This document shows, in pieces, positions 10,211 through 19,887 of a DNA stretch of 64,000 bases; position 1 is the first letter of the stretch; the number at the start of each line of letters is the position of its first letter. The stretch comes from Leptolyngbyaceae cyanobacterium (lineage in GTDB: Bacteria > Cyanobacteriota > Cyanobacteriia > Phormidesmidales > Phormidesmidaceae), in contig CBDHHL010000056.1 in NCBI GenBank assembly GCA_965263355.1, positions 1,824,001 to 1,888,000 of the forward strand. Direction: 5' to 3'. The position numbers and the translations under genes are program-made. The notes beneath the pieces are model-generated. The model was not told where the DNA came from. It made no database searches and saw only the letters and a program-made list of their open reading frames with translations.

Positions 10211-11206
10211 CTATGTCTTATTTCTCTTTAGTTTTGTCTGGACACGCTTATAGAACAAATAAATCTGTCGCATACGAGTAAGACTAGGAATATCCGATGG
10301 ATACTGTTGTCGATAGTCAAAAAATTGATTGAGTTCTGTGAGAATAGTTTCAAGCCGAGGAATCAACTGTTCAGCACGATAGGGAGCAAAAAACTTCTCA
10401 GTTAGATGGCTGGGCTGCCAGTTTTCTAACACAGCGGCAATCCGCTGAACATCATACCCAGTAGCATAGCCGGCAATCTTGTGGCAGTTTACCCCAGGGT
10501 CAAGATAATCAGCCAGGGCATGATTGACGCTGGCAAACACCTGACAGCCAGAGGCTAGAGCTTCCATCGGTGGTAGCCCAAAGCCTTCCGTCAAGCGATA
10601 TTGAGCCCAATATTCTGCAGAATCATAAAGATAAATCTTGGCTCGATTAAATAAGGCTATGAGATCCTCTACAAATGAATCAATAACAACGACATTGAAT
10701 TTCTCTTTTAATGCAGGCACAAGTTGTTGGCTAACATAGTCAGACGATTTTCTTACTTGCACCAAAATATCAATATCTCGCTCTGTTTGGCGATTAGTGA
10801 CATTTGCAGGGAGCTGATTGGGTAGCCAGTAGATGAGTGAGTTTTGCGATCGCGCCCCCCAGTATCCCATCGTATTACGACTAACAGCCATAATCGGCAC
10901 CTGGGGTGGTACCGAAAAACCATAGCCTGAACTATGGGCATGGTATATCACATGACAATGGGAGAGTTTTTTAAGTTGTTTAGGAACATCAAACCCCCAA
11001 CTAACAACAAAAATACAACCATTCAGATCTACTTGCTGTAACAGATCGTCAATAAATAGATGATCCTCTTCTCTCTGTCGATAAGTGACGACATTTGCTT
11101 TACAAATCTGTTGCACTAGCTTCAACATGTTTAGTTCGGCAAAGAGGCCACCGCAATAAAACGAGCGAGTAGTGCCTGGTAGGAGAAAATAAAGCGCTCT
11201 CATCAC
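10211..11206 (-). CDS. GT-B glycosyltransferase (GT4-like)
   Basis: EGFGLPPMEALASGC motif. Confidence 0.85.
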   Translation of the reverse strand: MMRALYFLLPGTTRSFYCGGLFAELNMLKLVQQICKANVVTYRQREEDHLFIDDLLQQVDLNGCIFVVSWGFDVPKQLKKLSHCHVIYHAHSSGYGFSVPPQVPIMAVSRNTMGYWGARSQNSLIYWLPNQLPANVTNRQTERDIDILVQVRKSSDYVSQQLVPALKEKFNVVVIDSFVEDLIALFNRAKIYLYDSAEYWAQYRLTEGFGLPPMEALASGCQVFASVNHALADYLDPGVNCHKIAGYATGYDVQRIAAVLENWQPSHLTEKFFAPYRAEQLIPRLETILTELNQFFDYRQQYPSDIPSLTRMRQIYLFYKRVQTKLKRNKT

Positions 11207-11420
11207 AAACAGATTATGGATCGCTCAGTATTTTACAGGATGGCAGCCATAGATATTGCAACCACTCAGTTATCAACTCAGCTTCTTAAGCTAATCCCCT
11301 AAGCACTCTCTAGCCTCTATTAATTTTGTCAATACCTCCCATCTATCCCATGCTTTGATGATTCCAAATTTCATCCATAGATTAAGAAATATGCAACACC
11401 TACCCTCTGAGGAGGTTCTG

Positions 11421-11714
11421 ATGAATACCTATCCTTCAAATTTGCAAGAACTTGAAATACAGCGCCGCCAGCTAGAGAAACTATGGCAGCCGACGTCAGC
11501 CCCAAAAATCAGACAAACCCCTAGTCACTGGTTACGCGCAGCGGGTCAATGGCTGCTGCAGGCGTTAACCGAAGGCGATCAGTTAAAAGTTTGGGAAAGC
11601 CAAACCAAACAAGGAAACCGTTGGTGTATTTACGATCCTATTGGTGATGCCCATCACCAGTTTGAATCTGAAGAAGCCATGCGTGTGTGGCTAGAACAAC
11701 GTTATAACCACTAG
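11421..11714 (+). CDS. Conserved cyanobacterial hypothetical protein
   Basis: GAGGAGG ribosome-binding site before ATG 11421; WCIYDP..FESEEAMRVWLEQRY motif typical of a cyanobacterial family. Confidence 0.75.
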   Translation: MNTYPSNLQELEIQRRQLEKLWQPTSAPKIRQTPSHWLRAAGQWLLQALTEGDQLKVWESQTKQGNRWCIYDPIGDAHHQFESEEAMRVWLEQRYNH

Positions 11715-11890
11715 TAATTGCTTACATCAGTTTAGGCTTGTGTGCTGTATCGTAGCCTGCAAGTCTAAGCTAACTATTTCGAAAACTTTTAAAGTGTTGC
11801 AAGGTAAGGTGATCTTTTGCAACCTTTGTTAACCCTCCTAAACGCCAAACGATTCAATAAATCATAGATGGCTCTTAAGGGGTGCTTCCC

Positions 11891-12337
11891 ATGTATATAA
11901 AATTAGCGCTTAGCACAGCTGTTTTAGGCACAGCAGCTGTAGCATTTGCTGGCTATGCGAACACTAGTGTAAGTACCAGTAGCCAGGCTTTATCAGACAC
12001 CTACGCCCAAAAATGCTCCGCCTTAGTGGATGCTGGTACAACAACAACGTTTGATATTAACGAACAGATTGCGATTCTCTCTGGCGAAAGTAGTTCGAAT
12101 CGACTACTCGCATTACGGGCGATTTGTAATGGCTATGGGTATGGTGGTAACTGGGGTGTAGAGGCCGATCTGCTAGTGCCTAATCGTCCAACGGCAGCAG
12201 CACCTCAAGCGATTACCACTAAGGAGTCGGATGCATTTGTTTATTTTAATGATCGTCTAATTGACAAAACTCCCCAGGCAGCAACACAGTTTGACCAACT
12301 ACCCCAGGATCGAATTGAGCTGATTGCTCCACTTTAA
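11891..12337 (+). CDS. Hypothetical secreted protein
   Basis: Signal-peptide-like N-terminus; one Cys pair. Confidence 0.65.
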   Translation: MYIKLALSTAVLGTAAVAFAGYANTSVSTSSQALSDTYAQKCSALVDAGTTTTFDINEQIAILSGESSSNRLLALRAICNGYGYGGNWGVEADLLVPNRPTAAAPQAITTKESDAFVYFNDRLIDKTPQAATQFDQLPQDRIELIAPL

Positions 12338-12416
12338 TAGAGTTTTAAGGTAGGTGCGATCGCTAAGGCTCCGATTGACTGCGGTATAGTAATTGAGACA
12401 TTACTGGAAAAGTGCC

Positions 12417-12605
12417 ATGTTCGGTTTAGGTTGGCCAGAGGTAGGCATTATTGCCATTGTCGCCGTTTTAATTTTTGGACCTAAGAAGATTCCTGAGTTA
12501 GGCAGTGCCCTAGGCAAAACCCTACGGGGATTTAAAGAAGAAATGGATGCTGAAGCAGCTGACTTTGAAGATGCAGACTATGTAGAGGATCCGGAACAAA
12601 CATAA
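12417..12605 (+). CDS. tatA: Twin-arginine translocase subunit TatA
   Basis: MFGLGWPE..LIFGPKKIPELGSALGKTLRGFKEE. Confidence 0.95.
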   Translation: MFGLGWPEVGIIAIVAVLIFGPKKIPELGSALGKTLRGFKEEMDAEAADFEDADYVEDPEQT

Positions 12606-12689
12606 TTGTTCGGAGTCTATAAGTTTAGTAGGTACATGGTTGGAGCTACCTACTACTAGCAAGCGTCTAGTGAGCATATAGTAGGCATT

Positions 12690-12721
12690 CAGGGAGGTGG
12701 TAAACCACCTCCCTGTTTTTT
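12690..12721 (+). terminator. Intrinsic terminator between tatA and purB
   Basis: CAGGGAGGTGG-taaa-CCACCTCCCTG followed by a T run. Confidence 0.85.
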
Positions 12722-12794
12722 ACTTAAACCACCTCCCAGTTGCAACCTGTAGTTTCTTCGACGGCAAAACTACAATTCTGAACATGGACAAGGT

Positions 12795-14090
12795 TTAAAT
12801 CCCCAGACGCTGATAGACCTTATCTAAATTTCTGAGCTGATAATCCGGGTTAAATGCCGCTTTGATTTCATCAGCTGACAGCTTTTCGTTTACCTGAAAG
12901 TCTTGAGAAATCAAGGCATAGAAATCCCCTCCTTCAACATTCCAGGCCTCATGGGCACAGCGTTGCACAATGCGATAGGCATCTTCACGAGAAATGCCTT
13001 TCTCCACAAGGGAGAGCAGTACCCGTTGACTAAAGACCACACCACCGTACATGTTCATATTACGTTTCATATTTTCAGGGTAGACCTGCAGATTTTGCAC
13101 CAGCTTGGTAGTCTCCACGAGCATAAAGTGAATCAAAATACAGCTATCAGGAAAGATCACCCGCTCCACAGAGCTATGGGAAATATCTCGCTCATGCCAT
13201 AGGGCAACATTTTCCAAAGCAGCCAAGGCATTGGTCCGAATGATGCGGGCCAGACCGCTTAAACGTTCCGACTTAATCGGATTACGTTTGTGGGGCATGG
13301 CAGACGATCCCTTTTGACCCTTCGCAAAAAATTCTTCAACCTCTAGCACATCCGTACGCTGCAGATTACGGATTTCCACCGCAAAGCGTTCAATGGAGGC
13401 AGCTAAACCAGCCAAGGTGGTCATAAACTCAGCATGCACATCTCGAGAAATCACCTGAGTCGACGCCGTATCAGGTTTCAGTCCTAGCTTCTGACATGTC
13501 AAAGCTTCAATTTCAGGATCGATATTCGCATAGGTACCCACTGCACCTGAAATCTGCCCAACAGAAATTTCATCTTGGATACGACAAAGCCGCTCACGGT
13601 GACGTAGCACCTCCGCTAACCATCCTGCCAACTTAAATCCAAAGGTTATCGGCTCTGCATGGATACCGTGAGAACGGCCAATCATCACAGTATTACGATG
13701 GTCCTGAGCCTGATTACGAATAACCTGAATTAATTTTTCCACATGGGACAAAATCACCTTGTGGCTAGCAACAATCTGTAGAGATAATGCCGTATCCAAC
13801 ACATCAGAGCTAGTCATCCCCAAGTGGATATAGCGGCCTGCATCACCAACGTACTCATTAACATTAGTCAAAAATGCAATCACATCATGGCGAACTTCAG
13901 CCTCAATTTCTAAAATTCGGGCCACATCAAATTTAGCCTTGGCTTTGATTTCGTCCACCGCTGTTTGAGGAATTCGGCCCAATTCGGCTTGGGCTTCACA
14001 GACGGCGATCTCAACCTGTAGCCAGGTTTGGAATTTATACTCGTCGGTCCAAAGTTCGCCCATCTCGGGCAGGGTGTAACGTTCAATCAA
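12795..14090 (-). CDS. purB: Adenylosuccinate lyase
   Basis: MIERY start; GSSAMPHKRNP signature; WHERDISHSSVER. Confidence 0.98.
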   Translation of the reverse strand: MIERYTLPEMGELWTDEYKFQTWLQVEIAVCEAQAELGRIPQTAVDEIKAKAKFDVARILEIEAEVRHDVIAFLTNVNEYVGDAGRYIHLGMTSSDVLDTALSLQIVASHKVILSHVEKLIQVIRNQAQDHRNTVMIGRSHGIHAEPITFGFKLAGWLAEVLRHRERLCRIQDEISVGQISGAVGTYANIDPEIEALTCQKLGLKPDTASTQVISRDVHAEFMTTLAGLAASIERFAVEIRNLQRTDVLEVEEFFAKGQKGSSAMPHKRNPIKSERLSGLARIIRTNALAALENVALWHERDISHSSVERVIFPDSCILIHFMLVETTKLVQNLQVYPENMKRNMNMYGGVVFSQRVLLSLVEKGISREDAYRIVQRCAHEAWNVEGGDFYALISQDFQVNEKLSADEIKAAFNPDYQLRNLDKVYQRLGI

Positions 14091-14294
14091 AACTAGTGTC
14101 GCAGACTACAACCGCTCTATTGTAAGGGTGTAGTAACCGGTTGCTAAGGCGAAATTAATAATAGTGAGGATTTGATTACACGCTGCTTCAAACTATAAAG
14201 CCACTGAAATGACTATGGGTCAATACAAACAAGTTAGTCTATCCGGAATGGAACAAAATAGCGGTGTATTTCAGGTTTCATTTACCCTACATAG

Positions 14295-14963
14295 TTGCTA
14301 TACATGCCCTCCAATCTCCTCACTTGGCTTATCCATGGGTTAGACGCGGCCCATGGCAACCTGTCCTTTATGGTTTGGAATAGCTTTTTAGCCCTCGTGC
14401 CCCTAGCGTTAAGTTTTTGGTTATTTCGAGGACGCGGTAGTCATGACCGACGATTTCCCTGGTGGATTGGGCTTATGATATTTATCGCCTTCCTCCCCAA
14501 TGCCCCCTATGTTTTGACTGATATTATTCACCTTGTAAATGATATCCGCAGTGGCCAGTCTGTATGGGCAATCGCCCTGATCCTAGTGCCCCAATATCTT
14601 CTATTCATTGGTTTTGGCATCCTGGCCTATACCATTTCGATTGTTAATCTAGGGCGCTATCTCAGTCGAGAAGGCAACGTTCGCTGGGTATGGCCTACTG
14701 AGTTAGGTCTGCATGGGCTAAGTGCCATCGGCATTTATCTGGGGCGTTTTTTACGTTTCAATAGCTGGGATTTACTCACTAAACCTGACACCATCGTCAG
14801 CGATACCCTATCGCTACTAGTCACAAAACAACCCCTCATCATTATGGTAGGGACATTTTTTATCATTGCAACTTTGCACTGGATCCTAAAGCAGATCACG
14901 TTGGCTTTGATCCTCTATTGGCGGACTCGTAATCTGCGGACAACTCAGAGATATTTGGCTTAG
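14295..14963 (+). CDS. DUF1361 family membrane protein
   Basis: WNSFLALVP, FLPNAPYVLTDIIH and GIYLGRFLRFNSWD. Confidence 0.9.
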   Translation: MLYMPSNLLTWLIHGLDAAHGNLSFMVWNSFLALVPLALSFWLFRGRGSHDRRFPWWIGLMIFIAFLPNAPYVLTDIIHLVNDIRSGQSVWAIALILVPQYLLFIGFGILAYTISIVNLGRYLSREGNVRWVWPTELGLHGLSAIGIYLGRFLRFNSWDLLTKPDTIVSDTLSLLVTKQPLIIMVGTFFIIATLHWILKQITLALILYWRTRNLRTTQRYLA

Positions 14964-15075
14964 AGATTTATCTGGGCAGCAAGAATTATCCTTGAATATC
15001 TGTTTGCATAGCTGAACAGCTCATTGCAGATCGCCAAGGAGAGTTTTGCTAACGGCGGCTTGCATAATATAAACA

Positions 15076-15115
15076 GATTCCCCCTAGGCACTTGGCATAA
15101 CAACTAGGGGGAATC
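15076..15115. terminator. Inverted repeat between convergent genes
   Basis: GATTCCCCCTAG ... CTAGGGGGAATC, 12-bp stem. Confidence 0.7.
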
Positions 15116-15157
15116 CATTTATAACGTTGGACAAAAAGCTATTAATAATGAAGCTTT

Positions 15158-15355
15158 TTAATCGATCTCAATCGACTCAAAGGAACTTAGTACAGACCAA
15201 GATAGACGCGTTACAGCAGTGGCAAGTGCAATAATTAAAACCATAGTCAGGACTGCATAGGGCATGTGCAACCCAAACAAAACCATGCTAATAATGAGTA
15301 GGGCAAGCAGTGTAATGTCCAAAGCCTTGTCCTCAAAAATTACTGTCACCTTCAT
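15158..15355 (-). CDS. Small hypothetical membrane protein
   Basis: 65 aa with two hydrophobic helices; fills an intergenic gap. Confidence 0.6.
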   Translation of the reverse strand: MKVTVIFEDKALDITLLALLIISMVLFGLHMPYAVLTMVLIIALATAVTRLSWSVLSSFESIEID

Positions 15356-15463
15356 AGTAGATATTTCGCCAAGAGAGTATTAATCTAGGCAAAAAACTTA
15401 TCAATGGTTCACGTTTATGTAAACTCAAGCATTCGAAAGAGCAGCCGTGGCAACAGGGCTTCA

Positions 15464-16918
15464 TTATATCCGTAATGCTTGAGCAACAAGGTATATACCC
15501 TCTGCTATCTGAGCTTCATTGATAGCCGTATAACCAAATACAAACTCTCCTGTATTACAGGGCACTTCATATTGAAGCTGGGCGCTACACATTTCTACAC
15601 CAACATTGGCTGCCTTGGCGATGACCTCATCATCACTGAAGCCAATGGGCAGCTTAGTCATCACATGCAATCCTGCACTATCTCCAAAAATCTTTACATC
15701 TTTACCAAAATGTTTATATAGAGCCTGCACCAAAATATTACGACGGCTTTCATAGCACAGAAGCATTTTACGAATATGACGTTCTAAATGACCGGCTGTA
15801 ATAAACTCTGCCAGGGCATATTGAGTCAGAGTGGGTGGTTGTCGATCGGCTAACCACTTTGCTTTACCAAAGACCTCCACTAGAGAATTAGGTACGACCA
15901 AGTAACCCAGGCGAATGCTGGGAAACATCACCTTAGAAAAGGTACCGACATACAGTACAGACCCATGACTATCCAGACCTTGCAGTGATGGAATAGGCCG
16001 TCCTCCATAGCGGTATTCACTATCATAATCGTCTTCGACAATAAGTGCCCCAGTTTTCCACGCCCATTGCAACAAAGCCAGTCTTCGCGGTAGGGAAAGT
16101 AATGCTCCTGTCGGAAACTGATGCGACGGGGTCACGTAGACTAGTCTTATTGTGTCGTCATATTCCACTAACCTATCAACAATCAGCCCATCACGATCTA
16201 GCCGCATCGGCAACAGTTTTGCACCACTCGATTTAAAGATATTTCGCGCTCCGCGATAGCCAGGTTCTTCAATCGCGACACTATCGTCAGGGTTCACCAG
16301 TAACTGAGTAATTAAGCTCAGTGCCTGCTGACTACCATTAGTAATAATTACCTGGTCAGGTGTACAGCGCACCGCTCGTGAATGCTGGAGATGATGGGAG
16401 ACAGCTTGTCGTAAGGGCCAGTAGCCAAAAGATTCGTCAGCATAGTTAAGCCACTGAGTCGTTGCCCGACAATGTTTTGACAACAGTTTTCGCCATAGCT
16501 CTACTGGAAACAAGTCCAAAGCAGGGTGTCCATAGCGAAAGCTAATGTCATAAGACTCTCTAAACGTTGTTAGCGATGCTTGGTTTACACGCTGACCATA
16601 GGCAGACAAGGGGATATTAACAACCGTCTCAGAGGATTGCTCCACGGGGTCAGCTGCTAACAACAGTTCTGGCAACTGAGAACAGACATAGGTACCGGCC
16701 CCTGGGCGGGTTTGTAAGTACCCTTCACTAATTAGCTGATCATAGCCTTGGGTCACGGTGGTCCGCGATAGCCCAAAGGATTTTGCCAACGTGCGTGAAG
16801 GGGGTAAGCGTTGACCCGATGCTAACCGTCCTGACAGAATGGCCGAACGGATTTGGCTGTATATCTGTTGGTGTAACGGTTCTGGCAAGGCAGAATCAAT
16901 CACTAATGCTAGTTCCAT
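15464..16918 (-). CDS. MocR/PdxR family GntR regulator with PLP aminotransferase-like domain
   Basis: wHTH RLPPSRTLA; YVTPSHQFPTG, IVEDDYDSEYRY and GTFSKVMFPSIRLGY. Confidence 0.95.
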   Translation of the reverse strand: MELALVIDSALPEPLHQQIYSQIRSAILSGRLASGQRLPPSRTLAKSFGLSRTTVTQGYDQLISEGYLQTRPGAGTYVCSQLPELLLAADPVEQSSETVVNIPLSAYGQRVNQASLTTFRESYDISFRYGHPALDLFPVELWRKLLSKHCRATTQWLNYADESFGYWPLRQAVSHHLQHSRAVRCTPDQVIITNGSQQALSLITQLLVNPDDSVAIEEPGYRGARNIFKSSGAKLLPMRLDRDGLIVDRLVEYDDTIRLVYVTPSHQFPTGALLSLPRRLALLQWAWKTGALIVEDDYDSEYRYGGRPIPSLQGLDSHGSVLYVGTFSKVMFPSIRLGYLVVPNSLVEVFGKAKWLADRQPPTLTQYALAEFITAGHLERHIRKMLLCYESRRNILVQALYKHFGKDVKIFGDSAGLHVMTKLPIGFSDDEVIAKAANVGVEMCSAQLQYEVPCNTGEFVFGYTAINEAQIAEGIYLVAQALRI

Positions 16919-16944
16919 GGGGGCTTACCAAAGGACGGCATTAA

Positions 16945-16995
16945 AAATTGGACTTATTACTTGATTATAAATTGGCTCTAGACGATGGCCAATTT
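16945..16995. promoter_or_regulatory. Putative MocR-family operator (two direct and one inverted AAATTGG)
   Basis: AAATTGGAC at 16945, AAATTGGCT at 16969 and GGCCAATTT at 16987, in the divergent intergenic region. Confidence 0.7.
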
Positions 16996-17109
16996 GTATA
17001 GATAACTTAGCAACATGCTCTCCACCTCACTTACAGCCTCCCTCCCAAGAGAGGATTAGGGGAGATTTTTAGCAAATTTGATGAGTTGTTTTTTGAAGGA
17101 GATAACGCT

Positions 17110-17775
17110 ATGAAGACAGAACGGACCCAGGTGAAGCGTGTGCCTAAGCGGGGGCACTATGACCTGGAAACGGTGTATTCGATTTTAGATAAGGGACTAA
17201 TCTGCCATGTAGGGTTTGCAATGGATGGGCAGCCGTTTGTGATTCCGACAGCCTATGGTCGGTTGGATAATCAGTTGTTTATCCATGGATCACCGGCTAG
17301 TCGCATGCTGAAGTCATTACAGCAGGGAATTGAGGTCTGTGTGACGGTGACGTTGTTGGATGGGTTAGTGTTAGCGCGGTCAGCGATGCACCATTCGATG
17401 AATTATCGCTCTGTAGTGTTGTTTGGGACGGCGGCATTGGTGAGTGAACGTGAGGAGAAAATGCGAGCGCTATATGCGTTTACGGAGCACGTGATGCCGG
17501 GGCGGTGGACTGAGACGCGGGAGCCGAATGAGCAGGAATTAACGGCGACAACTGTGTTGACGTTGCCGATTGATGAAGCGTCGGCAAAGATTCGGACGGG
17601 ACCGCCAGTTGATGATACGGCGGATTATGGTTTGCCCTATTGGGCTGGAGTGATTCCATTGGGTTTACAGGCAGGGAAACCGATTGTGGATCCGAAGCTG
17701 ACGGCAGGGATTGCAGTGCCAGAGCATGTGGAGCAGTATTTGGAGCGGCAGAGGGAGGTTGTTGGGGTAGTGTGA
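17110..17775 (+). CDS. Pyridoxamine 5'-phosphate oxidase-like flavin-binding protein (NimA-like)
   Basis: RVPKRGHYD, IHGSPASRM and DGLVLARSAMHHSMNYRSVV; divergent from the MocR regulator. Confidence 0.92.
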   Translation: MKTERTQVKRVPKRGHYDLETVYSILDKGLICHVGFAMDGQPFVIPTAYGRLDNQLFIHGSPASRMLKSLQQGIEVCVTVTLLDGLVLARSAMHHSMNYRSVVLFGTAALVSEREEKMRALYAFTEHVMPGRWTETREPNEQELTATTVLTLPIDEASAKIRTGPPVDDTADYGLPYWAGVIPLGLQAGKPIVDPKLTAGIAVPEHVEQYLERQREVVGVV

Positions 17776-17814
17776 CTGGGAACTGCGAAAGATTTTGTTG
17801 TAGTGACAGGATTA

Positions 17815-17860
17815 GCCCTCATTCTAAATCCTTCTTCTCCCTCGGGGAGAAGGACTTTAA
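17815..17860. repeat. Dispersed repeat / hairpin (CCCTCA..TAAATCC..TTCTCCC..GGGAGAAGG)
   Basis: CTTCTCCC/GGGAGAAG inverted pair; a more degenerate relative lies at ~17020-17065. Confidence 0.6.
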
Positions 17861-17869
17861 GGGTTGTTT

Positions 17870-19036
17870 TTAGGTAAATGGGGGGACAGTTAGGCCTTTG
17901 AGTGCACTATTAGTGTCTATACCTTTGCTCTGGACTAAAACACCAAACGTTCCTAATCCCATGGGGGTCATGTCCATGAGTTGATGGAGGGACTGACGGC
18001 GTTGGATAAGTTGGTTGAAAGCGTCGGGACCGGGGAAGATGGTTTGGTTGAGTTTGCCGATGCGATCGCCAAGTCCCAAAGCCATGAGGAATAGGCCTTG
18101 CTGAGTAAAGCCAAGAGTGGTGAGTCCTTTTTTTTCACCGTGGCGTTGTAAGGCTGTGAAGTCTACGTGGGCGGTGAGGTCTTGTTGACCGATGTTGGTG
18201 TAAGGGTTGTCATGGTGGCGGTGCTGATAGTAGCACTTGAGGGTACCCTTGTGGCGGGCAGGGCTGTAGTAGCGTTGGGCAGTGTGGCCATAGTCAATGG
18301 TGAGGAGAAAGCCTCGGTCGATGCGGCTGGCAACGGTGTCAAGCCAGTCGAGGGCAGCGAGGTTAACTTCGGTACGGTAGCCGTTGGGGTAAGCATCGGT
18401 GAGGAGATCGATACCGACTAGAGCGAAGTATTGGGTAAGTTTGTCGGTAGAGAAGGGACCGAGGGTTTCTTGTAGGGTGCTGTCTTGGGTGGTGACGTAG
18501 ACTTCTTGGAGTTGGTTGTCGTGCTTTTCAATGATGTGAACTGGGAAGGCATCGACAAGTTCGTTGGAAAAAAAGCAACCGGTAATGGGTTGCAGCTCAT
18601 CAAGGGTGGTCCAGCTAACTTTTTCGTGGGTTAAGCGCTCCTGCTGCAGTGCTCGAAATGCAGGAGATTTTTCGATAATGATGTAGTTGAGGGCAGCGTA
18701 GCAGTCAGAATGATGCTGTTGCAGATAGGTAAGTACGTCTGCAGCAATAAGCCCCTGACCTGCACCCATTTCGACTAGGTGGAATGGGGTAGGTTCACCA
18801 AGGGCATGCCACATGTCAGCGAACTGGACAGCTAGGAGCTCGCCAAAATCATGGCCAAGGTAAGGGGAAGTAATAAAGTCACCGTCAGGCCCCAAGATTG
18901 ATGATTTAGTCGCATAGTAGCCACAATCAGGTTGGTAGAGAGATAAATCCATATAGACCGCAAAGGGAATCCGCTGATGTGGTGCGGTGTGGATATGGTC
19001 AAGGATAATCGTAATAAGATCGACGAGGTTAGGCAT
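17870..19036 (-). CDS. SAM-dependent methyltransferase, MidA/NDUFAF7 family
   Basis: GDFITSP, VEMGAGQG, FFSNELVDAFPV, TIDYG and QDLTAHVDF. Confidence 0.92.
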   Translation of the reverse strand: MPNLVDLITIILDHIHTAPHQRIPFAVYMDLSLYQPDCGYYATKSSILGPDGDFITSPYLGHDFGELLAVQFADMWHALGEPTPFHLVEMGAGQGLIAADVLTYLQQHHSDCYAALNYIIIEKSPAFRALQQERLTHEKVSWTTLDELQPITGCFFSNELVDAFPVHIIEKHDNQLQEVYVTTQDSTLQETLGPFSTDKLTQYFALVGIDLLTDAYPNGYRTEVNLAALDWLDTVASRIDRGFLLTIDYGHTAQRYYSPARHKGTLKCYYQHRHHDNPYTNIGQQDLTAHVDFTALQRHGEKKGLTTLGFTQQGLFLMALGLGDRIGKLNQTIFPGPDAFNQLIQRRQSLHQLMDMTPMGLGTFGVLVQSKGIDTNSALKGLTVPPFT

Positions 19037-19531
19037 AGATAGACATGGCTTAGTCTTGATCATTGTCCTTGCTTGAATGACGAGTGGGCAAGTTAGGCAT
19101 GATGGTATCAGTAAGGCCGTATACGATGAGGGCTCTTTCTAAAATGCTGTTTTGCTGCTCAGTTAATGCGAGCTGGCAGGCTAGATGGACAGCTGTGATA
19201 CCGCAGGTGATTTTTAGAACCAGACAGGCTGTAAAGGAAGTCTTGGCCAATAGATTTTTCATGGAGCTAAATCCTTGCGAAACATTCATGTTTCTAGGAT
19301 GTCAAGGGGGTTTTGGAGTTTACTCCATAAGTAAGGCTGACTTAGCCTTACTTAGCCTTACTTATGTTTGAATGTGGGCTAATGCTTGAATAGATGGGTT
19401 AGGCTGGTATTCCTGTGATTTTGACCTTGGATCTGATGGAACCGTTACCCCACATTTATGCTAGAAAAAGGGGAAAAGCCTTGCTGGGTAGTCTATTGAG
19501 TACATTGCTTGCCTAACTCCCTGAAACGCCG

Positions 19532-19729
19532 ATTGAGCCTCGCAATATTGGTCATGACTGGCAGTTTACAGATGAGCAAGAAGAAAAACTACAAATATAC
19601 TACAACACCAACAAACTCTTAGTCGATTGCCTCAAAAGTGATTGTTACATTACTAAAGCTACTCGCCAAGAGATTGAAGACAGTCTATTGTTACCCATTA
19701 GCAAAATTCAAAATTGGCAAGCTGTTTGA
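19532..19729 (+). pseudogene. Orphan C-terminal helical domain of a cyanobacterial NACHT NTPase
   Basis: Manual translation IEPRNIGHDWQFTDEQEEKLQIYYNTNKLLVDCLKSDCYITKATRQEIEDSLLLPISKIQNWQAV*; in-frame stop upstream at 19514. Confidence 0.8.
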
Positions 19730-19887
19730 CAGTTGATTGTTCTTACTCAAACGTCATTGCACGAAGTTCTGATTACCTGTCCCCGATATTGCTAGCCGAC
19801 CGCAAGGAGTTGTCTCTACAGAACTATTTATCTTAATCAAGCCTACTGAATTTGGCTTTGCTATAACAATTCTAGGCTTAAACACCC

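Noticed and set aside
19326..19366. CTTAGCCTTA tandem and inverted repeat as a possible CRISPR or IS end
   Set aside because: Only about 2.4 short units; no spacers and no transposase
19050..19371. Overlapping 79-aa (-) and 95-aa (+) ORFs
   Set aside because: No recognisable motif; cannot tell whether either is real
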